Origin: Bigelowiella natans CCMP2755
Lineage: Eukaryota > Protista > Cercozoa
Reading direction: 5' to 3'
DNA length: 64,000 bases
Assembly (NCBI GenBank): GCA_000320545.1
Contig: ADNK01001145.1
Span: 43,336 to 107,335 of the forward strand
In this document: piece by piece, positions 13,621-27,094 of the stretch
Numbering within the stretch: the stretch's first letter is position 1
Layout: every line of letters begins with the position of its first letter
The notes under the pieces: generated by a model
Databases searched by the model: none
The model's input: the letters and a program-made list of their open reading frames with translations, nothing else
What the model was told of the DNA's origin: nothing
Translations under genes and position numbers: made by a program

Positions 13621-14715
13621 TGTTCAACGCAGTCTCCATCATGCGCATATATTAGTCCAATGAAAGGCTTCTTTGTTTTTGGGTCCATGAGAAGGCTCCG
13701 TTCACTGTTCCCATCGTAAGCAAAAGAAAAATGTATATGTGCACGTCAATATCAGTAAAGACGCGGATCAGTATGATGCAGCAGTAGTATGTTTCAATGC
13801 AACGATGCGCATCTTGTTGCAACTATTGTATTTCATGTACGTCGTGCGTATGTACATCATACTAGCTAGCTAGGCATGCCCGGTGCGAAAAAGATAGCCA
13901 AATGTTTGTACTCATCACGTGCGGTTACCTGCTAGCCTGGGCTGTCAGCAGAATCAATCGGCGCACCGCATGTATGTACCATGCTCGCATGCATGCCAGC
14001 ATGGCGCGTACGTATATGAATGATGCTACCGACCTGTACATGTTGCCTTGATAATATAGGGACTCATAAGGCCATGTATGTGCAAGTAGCAACTAACTAG
14101 GTAAGCTGTTTGTATGTCCGACATGTGTATCGACTATAATACTTCACATAAACCCTTCAATAACTTCACTTGTAGCACAAATCAGCGCACATATGAGCAT
14201 ATGTATCCCTGCAAGGTACGTATAGCATAATAACAAGCTAGCAAGTAACACAATAATGCACGACGCTGCACGGACTTTCTAGCTTTGCACTCCAGCATGT
14301 GTACGTACATGTCATCCACGTGTGCGCAGGGCTAGGGGACGTGAGAACGTGAACGCAAAAGGCCATCTAGGCCATGCCATCCAGCCCAGCGCATGTGTCT
14401 GTGGTGTGCAGGATATCTAGATATGTGTAAGTAGTCTGTGCAGTGCTAGCTAGCTAGAGTATGATGTATATGGCATGCAAGTGTGTGCATGTGTAGCAGC
14501 AATTATTAGTATTCATTTTGCATAATCGCGTGCATCGCCGACGCTCGATCATGCGCCGCAGCGCGTTGTATCACTAGCTGCACCGTAGATTCTACATCTC
14601 ATAATTCTTTGTTGTACTTAATTCGACAAACCGACAAACATTGCGTCCCCTTGACGGAGAAGATCTGTTGATGTTTGCTATTTTGCTCAGCAAAAGTGAG
14701 TGAACTAAGATGTTC

Positions 14716-16188
14716 TCAATCAACCGATTCTATTGGTTGATCTTCATCACCAGGCGGCGTTTGCTTCGTCGGCGGCTCCTTCATTTGCGAAGATGAAGGG
14801 GGCGACAGTGTCCCTTGGCCGTTGTCTGGTTCTCCTCGAAGCGATATCCGCGAAATAGTTCCTTTGTTTTCGTCGTTTTTCCTCACCGCCCTCGCGTTGA
14901 TTCCTTTGAATAGGTCGTCCAGAGTTACCTCCTTGTCTTCCTTGCCTTGTTTTTCTTCTTCATCCTCCCTACGCTCGGCAGGCCCCTGCTGTTGCTCTTC
15001 GCCTTCTCCTTGCTGCTCTAATAGCTTTGCGCGTCTCTCCAAGAAAGCACCGTCGTACTCGTCCTGGGGAACACGAGAATCGACACATTTAATTGATCAG
15101 GAGAAAGGCTATACGTTAGATACAACAGATGAAACACGTTTCTTCATCGTTCATTGATAATGATTCTTGATTAAAAAAGAAACAAAAAGGAGATGATCTT
15201 GACGTCCCAAACGACAACGATTCCTCCGAATTCCGTGTGATGTGAATTATTAGCTCATCAGCTCACTTCCTCGTCTTCTTGAAGCTCCTCCTCGCGCGCC
15301 TGATGCAGCTCTTCCATCAGCCTGCCGACACAAGAATGCGATTAGAAAGGGGGAGAAGATGATGATGATGAGAGGGGGTTTCGCGTGACGATGGTGGTGA
15401 CAGAAACAAGAAGAAGGAAACATGGATTTTCAACGAGAAATATGTGTATCCCCCCTAACCCCACCCATCCCCCGCACTTCTATGCTGCTGTGGTAACAAA
15501 TCAATACTTGTCCATAAAGCTGGAGTCGTCCCCAGAGCCAAAGGAGGAATTCTAGTAGAGATTATTATTTTGCGTTGTTTTGTGAGCGAAAACCCGAAAA
15601 TGCAATGGTCGACTTGGCACAATGATAATCGTGGTATATTAACAGCCACACTTAATTGCATCAACAACTGCTGTCGCGTACATCTAATCAGAACGCGGTT
15701 CTAACGAACAACTCGCATCAACCTCATCGTCATCACCACCATCATCACCATCTTCATCATGATCATGATCATCACTATCCATACTACCAGATCATCCTCC
15801 TCGTGATCCCGAAGATCATTCAGGATGGAGTGTGCCTGCAGCGACCCGGCAGAGAAGCAACCATATGTGAGGGTGGGAGAGGGGAGGGCACAACGCATAG
15901 GATGCTCTCAATGTGCTTCTTTAGAATGGAAGTGAGGCGGGAACGGAGGAGCAATACAACGCACGTTAAAACACCTCCACTACTACAGTTGCATTACCCG
16001 CAAGCCAGCGACTTTGACATCAAAATCTCTTAGGAAGGACGGCTCGGAATCACCTCCGCTAGGTGATAACGAGGAGTCATCGAAGTACTCCCCGCAGGAT
16101 TTGATCACGATGTCCGCCGTCGGAACGCCGAGTTTGTCGCCGAACGTTTCGATCGAATCCACAACGTCTCTCCCCTTCACGTGTGTGC

Positions 16189-16255
<67 letters not shown>

Positions 16256-17489
16256 GAGGCGGAGAGGGGGAGAGAGGGAGAGAGGGAAATTGGAGGGATT
16301 CTATAGCAAAGCAGGTCTACTATTGAAGTGCTGACCTATGCGTAGTAGTAGTAGTAGTAGTAGTAATATTAGTAGATAGTACTACCTCAAGCACGGTACC
16401 CACAACAACATGCTTGTCATTCAACCACGAATCCGGTCTCAGTAACACGAAAAACTGGCTCTTGTTGTCGTCCGATCGGCCGCCATTCATGTACGAAACG
16501 AGGTACTTCTCGCTGAAAACACCCAACAGGTCGCACAAAAAAGGACTCGTTAAACCAAAGCCCTCGGAAGAATGGCGGAATGGCGAAGTTCCCACTACAA
16601 AACCTCCGATAAGTCTCATTCAATCTCAAAGCAACAACAGACCAAAAACATGCTCTAATAGCACGGGGAATCAATATTTCTCAAAAGCTATAGAACCATA
16701 TACCATACTGCATAGTAAGGACAAGTGAATTCTCCCAGCACTCTTCCAGCACGGCTGCGCTGCAATCCCTACCAGCTAGCCTCGGCTACTACAACTCGGA
16801 GTAAAAAATAGATACGGAAAGTGTACGACACGACGAGACGGAGTGAACGCACTCGTGCTTATCATATGCCTCGTCGCTGAAAGCACCCCCCCCCTCGTAA
16901 ATCGAGAATCCTCCTGAAAACATGCACAAACCAAAATTGAAGATTTACCAAAAAGGTAATTTTGAGGAAAAGAGGGGGGGGGGGGGGGAGATAGTTTAAA
17001 ACCTGTTCCATCGTTGTTCTCTATGTCGCCGCCCTGAATTGCAACGCCAGGAATGATCTTGAAGAAACGACTCCCCGTATATTGGAGGGCCTTTCCGCTG
17101 TTGTGCTCGTTTCTGGATATGAAATAATGGATTTTCAAACAAATTCTTCAATTCTTGGCAGAATGGGGGGAGGGGGGGGAGGGGCGGGGGAGAACAAACA
17201 GCTCTTTGTGCACTGTGCCAATCTCCGATTATTATAGATTATACGATATTCGTTCCGATGAAAGGAAAATCACCAGATAAACTTCCGCTATTTCTCCAAG
17301 CGCGGGCAATACATAATGCACACGAATTATACACGTTCGAAGGTACCCTTTCTCTCCGGTGCAGAGGCTGCGAAAGTTCTCCGAGGCCTACAAAAACGTG
17401 CATAGACGTTGCATGTTTACCAATGGAAAAACAGCAAAAACGGCTTGGGTTGAACTCTATCTCTTCATTGCAAAGGTGATTTCACGTCA

Positions 17490-17562
<73 letters not shown>

Positions 17563-17716
17563 TTACCCAAAAACTAAATATTAACTCCCAAGGACCTTCG
17601 GTACGGCGTCGCCGAACAAACCAATTACTATGCGTCCTGGATATCATTAGAAGCAGTTTCAGAAAACAATGATTATTTCTAAGGTCTCGTTGGAAGAAAA
17701 AAACACACACACACAA

Positions 17717-17750
<34 letters not shown>

Positions 17751-17967
17751 GACTTTATACTTTATTCACATCAGCTACATCTCGCTAATATATATCAGCT
17801 ATGTAATCATCAAGCGTCGATGAGATGTGGGAATTATTCTTGCCTAATGGCGTGGAAGTATATCCCTTCTTCATGGCGATGTCCATGTACACCTATTGCC
17901 GTCCAGGCCGACATCGTAACCAATCATCCACAACAGCGTGTCAGCACATCTCCACACGATGCACACC

Positions 17968-18050
<83 letters not shown>

Positions 18051-18943
18051 GGTTTGTAGCGATACGATTTCGACCACTACGATCAGTACTTTGGATGTGA
18101 CGTTTCTGCTCGGGGGAAGGTCCTGTTGATGGTGTTGGATGAGGGAGTGTTAGTAGTAGTCTCGAAATGGCCTCAAAAACAGCATTTGGTGCTTTCCGCT
18201 TTACATGTCTGTAGTTCTCTCAATTGATGATGACTAGTATTATTATCATCATCACTGTATGCATAGAACGTTTTGATTACCCCTTTCCCCTCTCCCCAAC
18301 CCTTTGAACGAGCACCCTTTCGCATGCTACCACCACCACTACTGCTGCTGCTGCTGCTAAAGTTGAAGAGTTTGAATAAAATATAAGCTCACCGCACAAG
18401 TCTGCAAGGCCTTCCATCGCAATCCAGGCGTCTCCTTCTCCATGCTGACGACAATTATCTAAAGGGAGGACGGGGGAAAGGGGGGGAAGAGAACGATGGA
18501 TATGAAAGCAATTGACGATTAGGAAGTGTGATTGGTTGCGAGCGCGCAATCATGGGACCGATGCTTTGAACGGAAGAGAAAGCAGATAATGCTGTATTTT
18601 CCCAATGTCAACCTACTCGGCTCAATTAAATCAAGCACTCACCCGCTGCTTAGGCTGGTTTTTCATTTCTTCTATCCGCTTTTGTGCTTCGAGCTCCTCT
18701 TTCTTCTCGAGCATCTCTCTAACGGAAATTTGATATCGCTCATAATCCTCGTCCTCCCTTCTCGTGCTGCTGCTGCTGCTGCTAGAGGAGGCGGTAGTGG
18801 CAGCGGAGAAGGTGTCTGCCAGCTCACCCCCCTCCTGCCTCATCATCCTCTCCGAAGCGATGTTTGCATCCCGTAGGTCGATGAGGTCAAAGCTCTCTGC
18901 TATCTGCACAATCGAATAAAAATGGCAGGTAGTCTCAGTATGT

Positions 18944-18982
<39 letters not shown>

Positions 18983-19673
18983 TGCGCGCGCGCGTGAATG
19001 GTTCTCCTCCGCACTCCGTCTTTATTTGATACCTCAGCATCTTCAAGGGCGTTTGCGAGAACAGAGTCCGTGACAATGTCGCTCCAATCAGCGGTAGCGT
19101 TGGCTGCTGGCTTCTGAGTCACCCCGTCGCCCCCCCCCGGTTTGGCCCGCTCTTCGAACGACCAAAACATTGAATCGGCGACCACCTGTATGAGAGAGCA
19201 TGGCGGGAAGTAAGCCGAAAGAACAGAGTAGTAACATGGGCGGCGGGGCGGGGGGGCTAAGATTTTAGGTTAGAGAGCGGAGGACATTTTGCCATAGATC
19301 GTTGATCTTGAATTCAACATCTCCAATCTTGAGCATTAAAATCCGCCTGCCCAATCAATTGCTCAGTAAGCATAACACTACTAAGATAACGGCAACAATG
19401 AAAGCTGCGAACGTGGTAGTACGATAGATAGATTCAGCATCAATCAGTCTTGATCATTGCAATGCAGGACATCATCATTTACCGATTCACTTGAGTGATT
19501 TCCACAGAGTTCGTCTCTACATCCATCGGAAGTTCAACCACCAGCTCAACCTGAATAGCATGCGTGCCATCAGATAGAGTTTGCTGAGTTTGCTCTGTGG
19601 AAGTTGGCACTTCAATTAAGTGCACGCCTATACAACGAAGGATACGCAACATACACAGAACTAACCGAAATCC

Positions 19674-19725
<52 letters not shown>

Positions 19726-20241
19726 CATCACACACAACCTCCTTCTCAGTCTGAATCCATGTACTATTCAGCTCTTTAAACCTGAAGAGACAAGGTAAAT
19801 TAAGAAACAGGCAGGGATGGTGGATGAACATACGGCTCGTGGGGTTTAAAAACCGGTCGGCATCCTTCAACAACCACCCGAAATTCACTGGCATCAACAC
19901 GCACATGAACTATCATAACAATCAGCAATACAGTTAGGCCGATTAGCTAGGTACGTCATTAGGTTCCCTTCCGCTGCCGCACGCACTTGGACACGACGAC
20001 GACGCCCATTGTCGGCAGAGAGCATTCTGGCACCAGATTCGCCTCGGGGGCGGCTCAAAGGCGGGGAAAGCCGCCGAAAGCGTGCACTATTCATACGCAT
20101 AAGAGTGCGAGGTGAAGACAGCTCCAGTTGACGAGGTGCCCTCCGAATTTGTGATTGGCAAATGTATAGCCCTGATAGAGCAACCAGCGCAATGAAGCAA
20201 CGGAACGATGCAGGGTTCCGCCGCCGCCTCGCGTAACTCAT
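14716..20241 (-). CDS. Cyclophilin-domain protein with upstream CS/p23-like segment and a predicted bipartite plastid-targeting leader
   Basis: Cyclophilin exons: VYMDI, GRIVIGLFGDAVPK, ASENFRSLCTGEK, GSRFFKIIPGVAIQGGDIENNDGT|GGFSIY, SQFFVLLRPDSWLNDKHVVVGTVLE|GRDVVDSIE, DIVIKSCGE. Upstream exons: TWIQTEKEVELVVELP...LWQNVVADSMFWSFEE. First exon: MSYARRRRNPASFRCFIALVALSGLYIC...RRRRVQVRAAA. That all exons form one gene is inferred from phase compatibility. Confidence 0.75.
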
Positions 20242-20768
20242 AACGCCTTTGAAGACAAGCTTCAATTTCGATTGGTGATAAGTGTTGTTCCAATGATGCC
20301 AGAAGCTTTCGGGGGGGTTGCCATTGTCCCTTCAGGCCAGGACCTCTTTGCACAGTGGCTTGGTTTCAGGTAGGAGTGTAAATTTAAGATATATTGTTGA
20401 TCAAATGTGGTTTAAATTTGAAGGAATTAAAGGGTCATTTCCTACACCTTACGCTCTCAGACACAAAATACCTCTAAAAATAAAAATATTCTTCGAATAA
20501 GTTTGGTCTCAGAGGTTCTTGCACGCAATCCCGAACGGAGCTGGAGATTCCTCGGAATCCACGGAACCCATACATTCCAGTAAGCACAGCGGAGAATATC
20601 CTATCTTTTTAAACCTAAGACGTCAATGTATGCTGGGCCGGAAGAGGAAGCTAGCCAGCGAAGTTGCAACTGGTGTAATTTTGATCGAGGAAATATCTGG
20701 TAAAATATTCCTAAAAATCTCTATCCAAAACAAAACCAACGGTTACTACGACCTGTGAAACTGCAACC

Positions 20769-23700
20769 ATGCCCATGGGCCTTACCCTTCCCGAAACGGG
20801 GAAGGTAGAGGTGATGGATCCGAGCGAGGATGAGGATAGGATAGTAGAGGATGGATATGAGGAAGACTCGAAAGGAGAACAGAAACACGACGCTGGAATT
20901 TTGGATTTTAAATCCTCTTCTCAGGTCAGTCGCTGCTATGGATTTTGCAAGTTTTAAGATAAGGGGGGCTGGGGTTTTAAAGCTCATCATTTGTTTTACC
21001 ATATTAGGCTAACCCTTCAACGTTTAAGACCTCACGTCCTCCCACGCAGCTCATGAAGTACACACCTTACTTCCTTGTCCTTTTACGTTGAGAGAAATCG
21101 GCAACGCTAGATCGCGTCCACGTCGCTAGTGACTTATCCTACAATCTGGACAATATTTATTCGCGTTTTTACGAAGATCATATAATAGCGTATACATATG
21201 GAAAAATTACAAATACTGCTAACGTATACCTCACCTAATATTAGAACGGAGCAAGCGATGAATGCAACTGTCGACGAATATTTAAGGTGACATCGATCAT
21301 AGAGCAAATATATTTGATATGTTTGTATTTTTTTTGTGCATGCGCATGTGTGTGTGTGTGTGCATGCGCATGTGTGTGTGTGTGTGTGTGCATGCGCATG
21401 TGTGTGTGTGTGTGTGCATGCGCATGTGTGTGTGTGTGTGTGTGCATGCGCATGTGTGTGTGTGTGTGTGTGCTATTACCGACCCGTATGTTAACCTAAA
21501 CATGATAATAATTGCCACAAAAACCACTGCAGATCTCGAAACTTGGAATCAGCCCATAACGCTCTCTTCAAAGTCTGCGGTAGTATATGATAGCTACTTG
21601 TATGATAAGATAAGATGACGGGACTGATCAATATCGCAACTGATTCATTCAATAGGCGTTCAATGTCCGTTATTTCTGTCTGTTTTGCCACCATAAAGGC
21701 TTGTCAGGCGGGATGGGCCTGTCGCGAATGGGGATCCTCAAACTAGCAAGAATTTCATCCAATACCTCCAATACCCACGCCAGATTCATTCTCAGGTAGT
21801 TATTTAGTAAATATTCTATAGGAGTAAATCGAATGATCTAACTATTACCCTCTCCCCGCTTATACCCGGTCTGTATGATACAGGGAGGCTGAGAGCAACC
21901 CGAAGCGTTCAATTCTGGAGATAATTTTCGACTCAATTTCTCGCGACGAAGCGCTGGCAGCAGTTAATGACGATGGAATCGGCTCCGGTTTCGATCCACG
22001 TGCCACCCGATCAGCCTTAGAGCAAGCCTATCCGTCGGTCAGAGGCGCAAGGGTCCGAGAGGAAATCGAGGCTGAAGTAGCAAAACGCGTTGCTGCGCGA
22101 CTGGCTATTGCAGTTGACAAAGAGAAGGACCAGGCTATTGCAAGAGAGCGAGCACGTGCCAAAGCCGAGATGGACACCTATCGCACGGAACTTGAGGGCA
22201 TTTACCAGCAGAAGCTTCTCACAGAAAAGCGCCGATCCGAGGCCGTGGAGACGCGTTGGAAAGAGCGCGTAGGCATCCTTCAGAGCGCTCTGGACCAGCA
22301 GAAACAGATCACCCTGCAAGCCGCCCGGCAGCTAAAAGGCATCTCGAAGGCGTCCGAGGAAAAGAAAAAGGCCCTCGCAGACTCGATGCAGAAGGAGCGC
22401 GACAAGGTCACTGCAGCACAAAAAGACGCGAATGCACGGCTTCTGCAGCTCGAAAATGTGTACGCGGAGGCCGAGCTGGAGGTCTCTCGCGCAAAGAACG
22501 CCGCTGAGGATGCCGTGAGGAGTGAGTTTGGACAGAAGCACCGAAAGCTGCAGCAGGAGCTCGAAGACTGCCGGCAGAAGCTTCGTGAGAAGGCGGAGCA
22601 ATACTCGGCTCTGGCTGATCGCCACGCGAGCCACAAAGAACGGCTTGCAGCGGCTGAGGCGAACAACTACGACGCAAAACGCCGTGCAATGCGCGCAGAG
22701 ATGGCTGCTGAGGAGTACCGTATGCAGGTCCAATCGCTGCAAAGCTCGGAGCGCAGGCGACTCGAGGAAGTTGCGGACGTGCAGCGGCAGTTGGGGCGTT
22801 TGAAGGCGCTCGCCGAGGCCAAGGAGAGCGAGGCAGCACTGTCCCGTGAGCAACAGAGGCTCTCAGAAGCAACCCTTGCCGAGAGGATGAAGCTGGCAAG
22901 TGCAGAAGGGGGGAGAAGGACTGCTGAAGAGCTGGAGCGCGTGAAACTCAAAGCAGCAAGAATGATCACACAAGATCGCCTGAAGCACCGCAACGCGAAG
23001 CACAAGTGGGCGGCAGCCATGAAGGCGATGGAGGCGCGCCTACGGTGGGCGTACAAAGTGGCGGGGGTCAACGCCAGCACGGCCTCGGCGGCAATGGCGA
23101 CCAACTTCGAACCGCAGCGCCAGCATTTGCAGTCGACGATACGCCGGCTCAAGGCCTCGCTGAAGAAGCACTCGAAGCCGCAGTTCCACATGATTCCGTC
23201 GTCATCTAACGCTGGGCGCAGAGTGGCTACGACCCGAAAATTGCCGCCGTCCCCTGTCACAGAGAGGTACAATTCGCGCACGGAACACATCGATACGTTT
23301 CTGCGCGAGAAGCTGGCAGTCCAATCGCGTGAAAATGCACGTCGAGTGGAGGTCGCTGTAAAAAATAGTGATTCTGAGCTCCCTGCTACTGCTGCTGCTG
23401 CTGCTGCCGTTACTTCTAGCGAATTTAAGGATGCAGAGAGAGGCCCTAGTGCCAATGAAAGTGAAATCAAAGCAAGTCCATCTAGCGATACAGCGGGTAG
23501 CACCGAGCCTGCAGTAACAGCGAAGCCGAAGGAGAGGGAACATAGCTCTCAGAATCAGCACGATGTTGGTGACGACAAGAAGAGTTATGGAATGGAGCGT
23601 TCGACGTCGCCCTTGCCCGACGGTTCAGGCCCTCTTCCTCCTACCACGACGCAGAAGCAAGTTTATGGAGGAAACGCACTTCCGGCGAGCCAGGAGGAAA

Positions 23701-23911
23701 GTAGAGGAGAAGAACCTACAAGAGAGAGGATGAAAGGCACCGCAGGGGACCCCCCCGACAGCAATGGACGATCGGAATCCGAAAATTCAGCAGAATCGAA
23801 ACATGGAGCGGACAAGCGACTGGGATCGCAAACTGCGGTGTTGCAGCCGGCGAAAGCTGACCGGGAGATGAAGACTGGCGCAAAGAGATCTTCCTCTGCG
23901 ATAGTGGTTGT

Positions 23912-23956
<45 letters not shown>

Positions 23957-24869
23957 TATCATGCTGTCAATCCTGTGTTTACTCCCAAAGCAACTTTCTC
24001 TTCCTTCCTATGGCCCCAACGATCAGCTCCTTTTTTAATCTGCGTTGTGTATCTGCCTGTGTGCGCCCAGCGGCTGGACCAAACGCACTCCAGTAGTAAC
24101 AGCAGCGGAGTTGGCGGTAAAAGTAGCAGCAACAGTGGAAACATGGATCATCCCCCCCCTCGTTCCAACACAGTTCAAGGCGAGGCGAGGAGCTCAAAAA
24201 TGAAAATAGGGGGGGGCGGGAATGATAGGTCTGACACCCCGCAAGCGCATACCCCTGAGATCTCTCAACAGGACACTCAATCGCAGGAGGAGAATGCCAG
24301 CCAGGGGATGGGGTAAATCCACATCAAATTAGTACTTATTATGGAGGAAACTCCTCTTATGTTTTGCTCTGACGCATGGCGCCAAGCAATTCTGCACATC
24401 ACATTTTGAAAGGTTTAAGATTCAAACTGTATCCCCCTCCCCCAATTCATTTGCCTCCATTCATATACGGCTGAGCGTGCGAGGCCTTCTTGCTGTGCTT
24501 CAACATTAGGGATATGGACATCATGAGCGAGCCAGGCGATGATGGAGAGGACTGGGCAATTGCTAGCAACTCGCATTCTCAACTGGTAGTTGCTTCGAAG
24601 ATAAACCTCCCACTTTGGCCTCAATTCTAACTTTATTTTTGTTGTCGTTTGCCTATTTCCAGCCGGAAAAGCACCCAAAGATTTCGTCCGGTAGCGATGT
24701 GGGAAGCGGCGACGAGGAGGGGGGAGACGGGGAGAGAAAAGATGGAGGGGAAACCAACAGGTTGTCGTTGAGTTTCATTTCATATAAGATTCCAACCGCG
24801 CGCACAGACGGAATCGATATCGATGAGTAAGACTAGTTTCATTTTAGAATCGTGGACATAATACGCGCG

Positions 24870-24913
<44 letters not shown>

Positions 24914-25366
24914 TATATACACGCGCACACCACATGCAATACAGCTTTTATATACTTATTGCTCCATCCTTCGATAGGAAACTTCAGGAGGAAAGAGAGA
25001 CACGTCAGCGAGCCCTCGCTGGAGACTGTGAGAACAATGCGCCGTTTATTGTCTTTTCACTGCCATCAAGCATGCATCCTATCATCATCAGATTCTTCTT
25101 CCCTCACTTGTGTACCGTATGTGTACAATGCTCGAAAGAGAATAATGATTTCTCCGCGTCTTATCCCCGTTCAAAACCTGAGTATTGCTATACTAATTTA
25201 GTGGGCGCCGGTGGCGGCGGTGGGCTTCTCTCGAGGTTGTATGCAAAGAATGCAAAGAAGAAGGAAAAGAAAGTGCAATCTCAGGCTCAGTCTGAAGATC
25301 CTGCTAATTCAACAGCACCGGGAACGACAGCAAATGATGACGACGGTCTCTAGTTTGACTTTGGAC

Positions 25367-25433
<67 letters not shown>

Positions 25434-26209
25434 TATTTGCAATGCAGACTTCGAAAATGAAAAACAAAGTGAAAGCACACACTTTTGAAAAGGATTTTTT
25501 CATTTGCCGAGATCAAAAGGTTGGTTTGTGCTGCGAAACGTAGGTGCGGTAATAGACGACGCATACGATGACGACGAGTATGCAGGCGAGGACTTTGAAG
25601 AGGTACTTGTACAAAGAAGTAAAACTGAAGGCCAGAGTAGGGCATGAAACGATTCTCTGATGCTATAAACGTTGATATAAGTCTTCGTTATTGCTACGAA
25701 TTTGACACTTCATTATGTTTGAACGATGAAATGCTGTGTAGCAAAATGCGTGCTCATACAATCGTTTGCAAGATTTGCGGCTGCCATATGCAGATAAAAC
25801 ATGGCTGCTATATAGTCTTAAGAGATTATTCCTAGTGTTTCGGCCATTTTCTTATATTGTCTTCATAAACTCGTTTTCCCTAGGAGGGATACGATGACAG
25901 CGGCTTCGGCGAGATACCCCGAGGTAAGCTGAGATGACGAGGAGTATTTTCCTTTAAAAAGAATACCGTATAAGTTGCCCTGTTGTCGTTGCTTTCGCCT
26001 TTGATTGAAGTTTTCACCGTTTTCCTTCATTTTCCCGTTCCCTCCCTCCACATCGCCGTGAAGACGAATAGCTTGTTTTTCACGATTGCCATTTATTTCT
26101 CCAACGCCGTTGAGCGGCCAAACATCCTTTCCTCATACGAACCGCGCGCGTATGTATGCGTGTAGGTGGCGGGGACGGCTTTGACGACGACGCCGATCTT
26201 ACCTTTTGA
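20769..26209 (+). CDS. Large coiled-coil, low-complexity protein of unknown function; multi-exon
   Basis: One ~2 kb GC-rich exon (~21885-23905) encodes long heptad-like E/K/R/A/L runs, then an S/E/G-rich tail. Short acidic terminal exons (GAVIDDAYDDDEYAGEDFEE; EGYDDSGFGEIPR; GGGDGFDDDADLTF*) have GT-AG borders. Gene limits are uncertain. Confidence 0.6.
21336..21472. repeat. Compound minisatellite: five GCATGCGCAT cores separated by (TG)n spacers
   Basis: Five copies counted directly in the sequence; lies in an intron of the coiled-coil gene. Confidence 0.9.
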
Positions 26210-27034
26210 ATTTAATGAAGTAGTAGGCTAACGTGCCTGCTCGTGTTGGTAGTGTCGTCTTCATGTATAGTAAATTGTAGTTGCAGGTGTTTCATGCATG
26301 TACATATATGCGTCATTAGTACAGGAATGCAAGAGATGCATCGTACGAAGGCCTACTGCTCAAATGCCAAACACATATATGCGCTCGCATATTGTCATTG
26401 GACATGACATGCGTATGACGACTGTACATGATTGATGAGCTCTCGTAGCTTGAGCGTACTTGCGTAGTGTTCTAGCTAGCTAGTACTAGCAGTGTAAACT
26501 TGTGCAGCAGCCAGCTGTAGTTAACCACATATGTCTTAGAGAACTTTGTACGAGAGAGCCCTAATATATATAATTATATATATGTAGGCTCTCACTTTTC
26601 GTCGAGCATGCACATAGCGCCGTCAATATGATTGACATGCATGCAATATGATATATGTAAACCATATTGCTGTGTCTATTATCAATCATTCGTGCATGTA
26701 TAGTCAGACACATCGCAATCGCAAAGCTCATGTATGTACCCAACAAAGCACAGCTTATGTATGCTATTACTGTGTCTATTATTATGCTTTGCACAGAGCA
26801 GCTAATAATACGTGCGTGTGCGTGTGCTTGTACGTGTGTATGTGCATGGTGTGTACTCGCGCAGGTGTGTGTATCGCGCGACTAAAGCGCTGCTAACTAA
26901 CTTACCATGGACATGTATGCAAATCTACATGCATAATTGTGAGAAGTGTTGTAATTTTGGTTGTCGCAAATATAAGACAATAGCTGTATTTCGCCATCTG
27001 CAGCCGTACGATACAGCAGAACTGATACGCACCG

Positions 27035-27070
<36 letters not shown>

Positions 27071-27094
27071 CGTATTTCACACAGCACAACAACT

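Noticed and set aside
16555-16610. GNFAIP-like sequence suggesting a frameshifted cyclophilin exon
   Set aside because: A direct GT-AG splice (FSDEAYDKHD|EKYLVSYMN) restores the domain without it, so the segment is intronic.
21336-21472. Regularly spaced short repeats resembling a CRISPR array
   Set aside because: The spacers are only (TG)n, the repeat is 10 bp, the context is a eukaryotic intron, and no cas genes are present.
22017-23962. Several long minus-strand ORFs (e.g. 22667-23503, 278 aa)
   Set aside because: Antisense shadows of the GC-rich coiled-coil exon on the + strand; no recognisable motifs.
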